From: Patescibacteria group bacterium
Lineage (GTDB): Bacteria; Patescibacteriota; Patescibacteriia; Patescibacteriales; UBA12465
Length of the DNA stretch: 64,000 nt
Reading direction: 5' to 3'
Assembly (NCBI GenBank): GCA_050949505.1
Contig: JBMNFV010000001.1
Coordinates: 286,284-350,283, forward strand
The first letter of the stretch is position 1, and every line of letters begins with the position of its first letter. This document shows, piece by piece, positions 58,718-64,000 of the stretch. The position numbers and the translations under genes were made by a program. The notes below the pieces were generated by a model that saw only the letters and a program-made list of their open reading frames with translations, was not told the origin of the DNA and made no database searches.

Positions 58718-59878
58718 ATGTTAACGACAATTATCGTCTTCATTTTAGTTTTATCAGTTTTAGTCTTTGTTCATGAGTTTGGTCACTTTTTTACCGCACG
58801 TCGCTTGGGAGTCAAGGCCGAGGAATTTGGTTTTGGGTTTCCTCCACGAGCAATTGGACTATATCGTAATACGCAAAAAAAGTGGCGGCTAGTTAAGGGG
58901 ACGAAGTCTGCTGAAGAATTATCTCAGGCAACTGATGAAAATCTAAGGCCAGACCCCCAAGCCACCATCTATTCACTTAACTGGTTGCCACTGGGAGGCT
59001 TTGTTGAAATTAAGGGGCAAGACGGAGAAGACAAGGAGGCCTCAGATAGTTTTGCTAGCAAGAAGATTTGGCAGCGAGTTATTATCCTCTCGGCGGGGGT
59101 AATTATGAATGTTATTTTAGCCTGGGGACTATTTTCCGTTGGCTATTTACTAGGCTTGCCCCAAGAGACCAGTCAAGCTTCCTCAGGGGCGATAATTAGT
59201 GAATCAGCTGTCCTCGTCTATTCCGTGCTCCCTAACTCTCCCGCTGAGGCGGCGGGACTGGAGCCAGGAGATGTTATCACGGCGGTTGGAGCGGAGGCAG
59301 TGTTAGGAGAGGAGAGCTTACCAGAGCTAATTAATGCCACCCAAGGTGAGGAAGTGGTCTTGACTGTTGAGCGAGGGGAGACTAATTTAAGTATTCCGAT
59401 TGCGGCTAGCGTAGATGACCAGGGACGAGCAACTATTGGGATCTCCATTTTCTCTACCGGCCTAGTCCGCTATCCTTTTTGGCAAGCGATTGGAGAAGGG
59501 GCTAAAACCACGGGATTGATGCTTAAAGAAATAGTGGTCGCCTTTGGCTCATTAATAGGTCAATTAGTGACTGGTCAGTCAGTTTCTGGTCAGCTAGCAG
59601 GACCAGTGGGGATTGCCAACATTACCGGTGATGCCGCTCGCTTAGGAATAGTCTATCTCTTGCAGTTAACCGCTCTACTGTCTCTTAATTTAGCGATTAT
59701 TAATATCATTCCTTTTCCCGCACTAGACGGTGGCCGGATCTTGTTTTTAATCATTGAAAAGCTACGAGGCCGACCAGTCAAGCAGGAAACTGAGGCAATT
59801 ATTCACAACTTAGGCTTTATGCTGCTAATGGTCCTTATCTTGCTAGTCACCTACAAGGACATTGTTCGTTTGTTTTAG
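58718..59878 (+). CDS. rseP: RIP metalloprotease (RseP/M50 family) with PDZ domain
   Basis: VFVHEFGHFFTARRLGVK, GFVEIKGQDG, PDZ PNSPAEAAGLEPGDVI, NIIPFPALDGGRI. Confidence 0.93.
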   Translation: MLTTIIVFILVLSVLVFVHEFGHFFTARRLGVKAEEFGFGFPPRAIGLYRNTQKKWRLVKGTKSAEELSQATDENLRPDPQATIYSLNWLPLGGFVEIKGQDGEDKEASDSFASKKIWQRVIILSAGVIMNVILAWGLFSVGYLLGLPQETSQASSGAIISESAVLVYSVLPNSPAEAAGLEPGDVITAVGAEAVLGEESLPELINATQGEEVVLTVERGETNLSIPIAASVDDQGRATIGISIFSTGLVRYPFWQAIGEGAKTTGLMLKEIVVAFGSLIGQLVTGQSVSGQLAGPVGIANITGDAARLGIVYLLQLTALLSLNLAIINIIPFPALDGGRILFLIIEKLRGRPVKQETEAIIHNLGFMLLMVLILLVTYKDIVRLF

Positions 59879-59901
59879 CTAATTAACTTAAATCTAAATT
59901 T

Positions 59902-60213
59902 ATGAAAATTAATTTAAAATCAACTAGACTAGAAATCACTGAAGCAATTGCTAATTACAGTCAGGCTAAAATGGATGCTCTTGATAAGTATCTTGGTGAC
60001 CTGGAGGTCCTAAACTGTGATTTAGAATTAGAGCGAGTGGCTGGCAATCAAAAGAAGGGAAATATTTTCCGAGTGGAGGCTAATTTAGAAGTTCCTAAGA
60101 AGCTATTACGAGTGGAGAAGACGGAAGCGGATCTATATAAGGCGATTGATAAGGTGCGTGACCACTTAGAACAGGCGATTAAAAAACATAAGGGCAAGAA
60201 TTTTAATAAATAA
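59902..60213 (+). CDS. hpf: Ribosome hibernation-promoting factor/RaiA family
   Basis: LEITEAIANYSQAKMDALDKYL; YKAIDKVRDHLEQAIKKHK. Confidence 0.88.
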   Translation: MKINLKSTRLEITEAIANYSQAKMDALDKYLGDLEVLNCDLELERVAGNQKKGNIFRVEANLEVPKKLLRVEKTEADLYKAIDKVRDHLEQAIKKHKGKNFNK

Positions 60214-60217
60214 GACT

Positions 60218-62929
60218 ATGGGTATTTTTAACTGGCTTGGCGATGCTAATGAAAAAATAATTAAGGCTATGCAGCCGACTCTGGAGAAAATTGCTTCTCT
60301 AGAGCCAGAGCTACAAACACTATCAGCCGCTGAGCTGAAGGATAAGACGGCGGAGTTTAAAGAACGCTTAGCGGCGGGAGAAACTCTAGACGACTTGTTG
60401 CCGGAAGCCTTTGCGGTGATTCGTGAAGCGGCTTGGCGAACACTTAAGCAACGTCATTTTGATGTTCAGTTAATCGGGGGAATAGTTTTGCATCGGGGAC
60501 AAATAGCGGAAATGAAAACGGGAGAGGGAAAAACTCTAGTCGCTACCGCCCCCCTGTATCTTAATGCCCTAGCTGGTCAGGGAGCACACTTAATTACCGT
60601 CAATGACTACCTAGCCCGCTTAGGAGCAGGCTGGATGGCGCCAGTCTTTCATTCTTTAGGGCTAAGCACTGGAGTGATTATCCATGACGCCGCCTTTATC
60701 TATGACCCAGAGTATACTGATGCTAATGAATATGATGAGCGCTTAAGTCATTTTCGGAAAGTGCCTAGACGAGAAGCCTATCAGGCGGACATTACCTACG
60801 GAACTAATAATGAATTTGGTTTTGATTATCTTCGCGATAATATGGTCTTTAACCTTAGTCAAGTCGTTCAGCGTCCCCTTCACTATGCAATTGTTGATGA
60901 AATTGACTCCATTCTAATTGACGAAGCGAGAACCCCGCTCATTATCTCCGCGCCCGCTGAGGAGTCAACTGATAGATATTTTAAGTTTGCTCGCCTTGTG
61001 GAGGGGCTTATAGAAAATGAGGATTATAATATAGACGAAAAGCTAAGAGCGGCAACCCTAACTGAAGAGGGAATCGCTAAGGTGGAAAAACTTTTAGGAC
61101 TGGGTAACATCTATGTAGAGGGGGGAGTCAAGGAGGTTCATCATTTAGAACAAGCCCTGAAGGCTAATGTTTTGTTTAAAAAAGATAAAGATTATGTGGT
61201 TAAAGATGGAGAGATTATTATCGTTGATGAATTTACCGGTCGCTTGATGCCCGGCCGTCGCTATAGCGAGGGTTTGCACCAAGCAATTGAAGCTAAGGAG
61301 GGAGTGCAGGTACAGAAAGAGTCACAAACCATGGCCACCATCACCTTTCAAAATTTGTTTAGATTGTATAATAAATTATCAGGTATGACGGGAACGGCCG
61401 CCACCGAGGCCGAAGAGTTCCATAAGATCTATAATCTAGATACTATCATCATTCCGACCAACAAGCCTAATGTTAGAGAGGACTATAATGACCTAATCTA
61501 CCGAACAGAGATGGATAAGTTTAAGGCGGTGATTAGAGATGTTAAGGAGCGACATGAGAAAGGTCAACCTATTTTGATTGGAACTATTTCTATTGAAAAA
61601 AATGAACTATTCACCGAATTAATGGAGCGCGAGGGTCTTCGGCCCCAGATGTTAAACGCTAAAAACCACCAACGAGAAGCGGAAATAATTGCCCAAGCTG
61701 GTCGTCGTGGGGCAATCACGTTAGCGACTAATATGGCTGGCCGAGGAGTGGACATTATCCTAGGAGGTAACCCCTCTACCAAGGAGGAGCAAGAGGAAAT
61801 TAGGGCCCTAGGGGGACTGCATGTGATTGGTACTGAACGCCATGAGTCACGACGAATTGATAATCAGCTAAGAGGCCGAGCGGGTCGTCAGGGAGACCCA
61901 GGCTCATCTCAGTTCTTTGTCTCTACCGAAGATGACCTGATGCGTATTTTTGGCGGAGATAGAATGAAGAATTTGATGCAAACCTTGCGAGTGCCTGATG
62001 ACTTGCCGATAGAGAACAAGATGATCTCTAAGTCCATTGAGTCCGCTCAGAAAAAGGTGGAGGGCAATCACTTTGATTCCCGAAAACATTTAGTGGAATA
62101 TGATGACGTTATCAACAAGCATCGGATCGCTATTTACGAACGGCGCCGGGAGGTGATAGACATTGCCGAAGGGGTGACTGGTAGCGAAACCAAGTCCTTA
62201 GGAGAAATTATCAAGAAGTTGATCGCGGAGGAATTACAATTTATAGTTAATTTCCATACTGCTGGAGATGACCAAGAGTCCTGGAATTTACAGGAAATTT
62301 ATGAAACAGTTAGAACCATTTGGAGTCCTCAAGCTAGCTTACTAGAACAGCTTCAAGCCTTGGTTAAAGGAGATGAGGATAAGGGGAAAATTAGAACTAA
62401 GATTATTGACTACCTCTATCAAGAGGCCCAAGAAATTTATGACTCACTAACTGATCGTTTTGCTCAAGCAGGGATAGACTTTAAGGAGGTAGAAAAAGGC
62501 ATGCTCATCCGAGCCATAGACCAGCACTGGGTGGAACACTTAGAGGCGATAGACTATCTGCGACAGGGAATAGGGTTGCGGGGCTATGGACAACGAGACC
62601 CTTTGGTGGAGTATAAGAAAGAGGCTTGGCGCCTTTATCAAGAGCTTAACAATCTAGTTAACAAACACATCGTTTATGGCATCTATCACACTGCCGATGG
62701 CCTCTCAGCCGTGAGTGCGGAAGTTCTTCAAGCCTTTGCTAATAAAAATCAAGCGCAGCAATTAGAATTTAGCGGAGCGCAAAAAGAGATGCACAAGCAG
62801 GCTGGGGAGCGCAATACCTTTGACCTAGTAACTGAAAAACTTAAAGATGAGTCTGGCAAGAAGGTGGGGCGCAATGACCTTTGTCCCTGTGGCAGTGGCA
62901 AGAAGTATAAGAAGTGTCACGGGAAATAG
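60218..62929 (+). CDS. secA: Preprotein translocase subunit SecA
   Basis: MKTGEGKTLVATAPLYLNAL, VNDYLARL, TNMAGRGVDIILGG, C-terminal zinc motif CPCGSGKKYKKCHG. Confidence 0.97.
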   Translation: MGIFNWLGDANEKIIKAMQPTLEKIASLEPELQTLSAAELKDKTAEFKERLAAGETLDDLLPEAFAVIREAAWRTLKQRHFDVQLIGGIVLHRGQIAEMKTGEGKTLVATAPLYLNALAGQGAHLITVNDYLARLGAGWMAPVFHSLGLSTGVIIHDAAFIYDPEYTDANEYDERLSHFRKVPRREAYQADITYGTNNEFGFDYLRDNMVFNLSQVVQRPLHYAIVDEIDSILIDEARTPLIISAPAEESTDRYFKFARLVEGLIENEDYNIDEKLRAATLTEEGIAKVEKLLGLGNIYVEGGVKEVHHLEQALKANVLFKKDKDYVVKDGEIIIVDEFTGRLMPGRRYSEGLHQAIEAKEGVQVQKESQTMATITFQNLFRLYNKLSGMTGTAATEAEEFHKIYNLDTIIIPTNKPNVREDYNDLIYRTEMDKFKAVIRDVKERHEKGQPILIGTISIEKNELFTELMEREGLRPQMLNAKNHQREAEIIAQAGRRGAITLATNMAGRGVDIILGGNPSTKEEQEEIRALGGLHVIGTERHESRRIDNQLRGRAGRQGDPGSSQFFVSTEDDLMRIFGGDRMKNLMQTLRVPDDLPIENKMISKSIESAQKKVEGNHFDSRKHLVEYDDVINKHRIAIYERRREVIDIAEGVTGSETKSLGEIIKKLIAEELQFIVNFHTAGDDQESWNLQEIYETVRTIWSPQASLLEQLQALVKGDEDKGKIRTKIIDYLYQEAQEIYDSLTDRFAQAGIDFKEVEKGMLIRAIDQHWVEHLEAIDYLRQGIGLRGYGQRDPLVEYKKEAWRLYQELNNLVNKHIVYGIYHTADGLSAVSAEVLQAFANKNQAQQLEFSGAQKEMHKQAGERNTFDLVTEKLKDESGKKVGRNDLCPCGSGKKYKKCHGK

Positions 62930-62946
62930 TTTTTGAGAGTATGATT

Positions 62947-62978
62947 AAAAGAGCCCAGATAATTTCTGGGTCTTTTAT
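62947..62978. terminator. Bidirectional terminator-like hairpin
   Basis: AAAAGAgCCCAGa..tCTGGGTCTTTT. Confidence 0.65.
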
Positions 62979-63051
62979 TACCGAATTGGTGATTATTTTA
63001 AGCAGCTTAGGGCTTTTAATTTTTAGGTCAAGCTTATTAAAGTTAGCTAGT

Positions 63052-63780
63052 TTATTGATTTAACTTATTCAGCCGCCTCCGGAGACGAATTAGTCCCCAA
63101 CAGAAATACCATAATTCACTTTTCTTAACCTGACTAGGCCTAGAGGCGTAACGTTGTTCCTGCCAGTTAACAGGAATTTCTATTAACCGATAATTAGCGT
63201 TTAGGGCCAAGATAATTAATTCAGTATCAAATAGCCAACGATTATCTAAAAAGTCAGGAGCCAGGGCTTGATAGAGTTGAGCAGTGAAGGCTTTAAAGCC
63301 ACATTGAAGGTCTTGAACTTGATTATTAAATAATAGTCGGGCAAAATAATTATAGAAACGAGTGGTGAGGCGACGGACTAGAGGTCGCTGAGAGCTAGCA
63401 CCAGAGACGAGACGAGAACCGATCACTAGGTCAGCCTGATTGAGTAGCAGGGGATTAATTAATTCAGGGATCTGCTCTGGGGCAACGGCTAAATCAATAT
63501 CTAAAAAAGCTAACAGATCCGCTTGACTGGAATTAAAATATTTCTTTAGAGCTAAACTTTTACCGCCAGCTTGATAATGATAACTTTTTATCTGCTGGGG
63601 GTAGTGCTGAGCTAAACGATTGGCAATTGCGGCTGAGTCGTCACTAGAGCCGTTAACTAGAATAATAATTTGCCAGTGATAAGTAGTTGGCTGACTTGTT
63701 AGATAAGAGAAAAGACGTCGCACATTAGCTTCTAAAAGAGAAGCTTCATTTTTAACTGGTAAACAAAAATCTATTAACAT
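63052..63780 (-). CDS. GT2-family (dolichyl-phosphate mannosyltransferase-like) glycosyltransferase
   Basis: DFCLPVKNEASLLEANVRRLF, LAFLDIDLAVAPEQIPELI, GSRLVSG, DLQCGFKAF. Start taken at MLIDFCLP. Confidence 0.85.
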   Translation of the reverse strand: MLIDFCLPVKNEASLLEANVRRLFSYLTSQPTTYHWQIIILVNGSSDDSAAIANRLAQHYPQQIKSYHYQAGGKSLALKKYFNSSQADLLAFLDIDLAVAPEQIPELINPLLLNQADLVIGSRLVSGASSQRPLVRRLTTRFYNYFARLLFNNQVQDLQCGFKAFTAQLYQALAPDFLDNRWLFDTELIILALNANYRLIEIPVNWQEQRYASRPSQVKKSELWYFCWGLIRLRRRLNKLNQ

Positions 63781-63826
63781 ATAGAAAATTATAACTAGTT
63801 CGCCAAAAACTCGCAAATTGGTTATA

Positions 63827-64000
63827 ATGAATAAAGAAAAGAATATGAATAAAGGAAAAGATAATTTAGCCGGATACACATTAGTAGAGCTATTAATAGT
63901 AGTCGCTATTATTGCCATTTTATCCACAGTGGGAATCGTATACTACAGCCAACTCCGCTCTAAGCAGCGAGACTCACAACGACTGGTTGATATGCGGGAG
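63827..64000 (+). CDS. Prepilin-like protein, N-terminal part (runs off the window)
   Basis: MNKEKNMNKGKDNLAGYTLVELLIVVAIIAILSTVGIVYYSQLRSKQRDSQRLVDMRE. Confidence 0.85.
   Translation, partial: MNKEKNMNKGKDNLAGYTLVELLIVVAIIAILSTVGIVYYSQLRSKQRDSQRLVDMRE

Overview
The window reads as a low-GC genome from a candidate-phyla (Patescibacteria/CPR-like) bacterium. This assignment is inferred from gene content and style; I ran no search. Most of it is ordinary chromosome: recG fragment, metG, thrS with a T-box leader, ung, gpmI, holB, frr, RseP-type protease, hpf/raiA, secA, a type IV pilus locus with tandem duplicated pilins, and a surface-polysaccharide locus. The main accessory region is about 7.6-17.3 kb. 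Next to tRNA-Ser(UGA) sits a large serine recombinase, then a compact four-gene operon at 9450-13958: EcoRI-family adenine methyltransferase, DUF262-HNH nuclease-like protein, ParB/Srx-like protein, and D12-class adenine methylase. Arrays of short GC-rich perfect hairpins lie on both sides. After it come a Panacea (DUF4065) antitoxin plus probable RelE-like toxin, a Bro-N/DinD-like protein and a short fragment resembling a restriction-subunit N-terminus. The four-gene cassette is the strongest candidate for an undescribed modification-coupled defence system. Other notable items: a very compact thrS T-box leader, a degenerate PyrF-like protein, a CapA-like phosphoesterase with a C-terminal FG-GAP-like region, a repeat-rich surface protein, a frameshifted glycosyltransferase, and an AT-rich repeat array between polysaccharide genes. 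Family names come from motif recognition in the translations.
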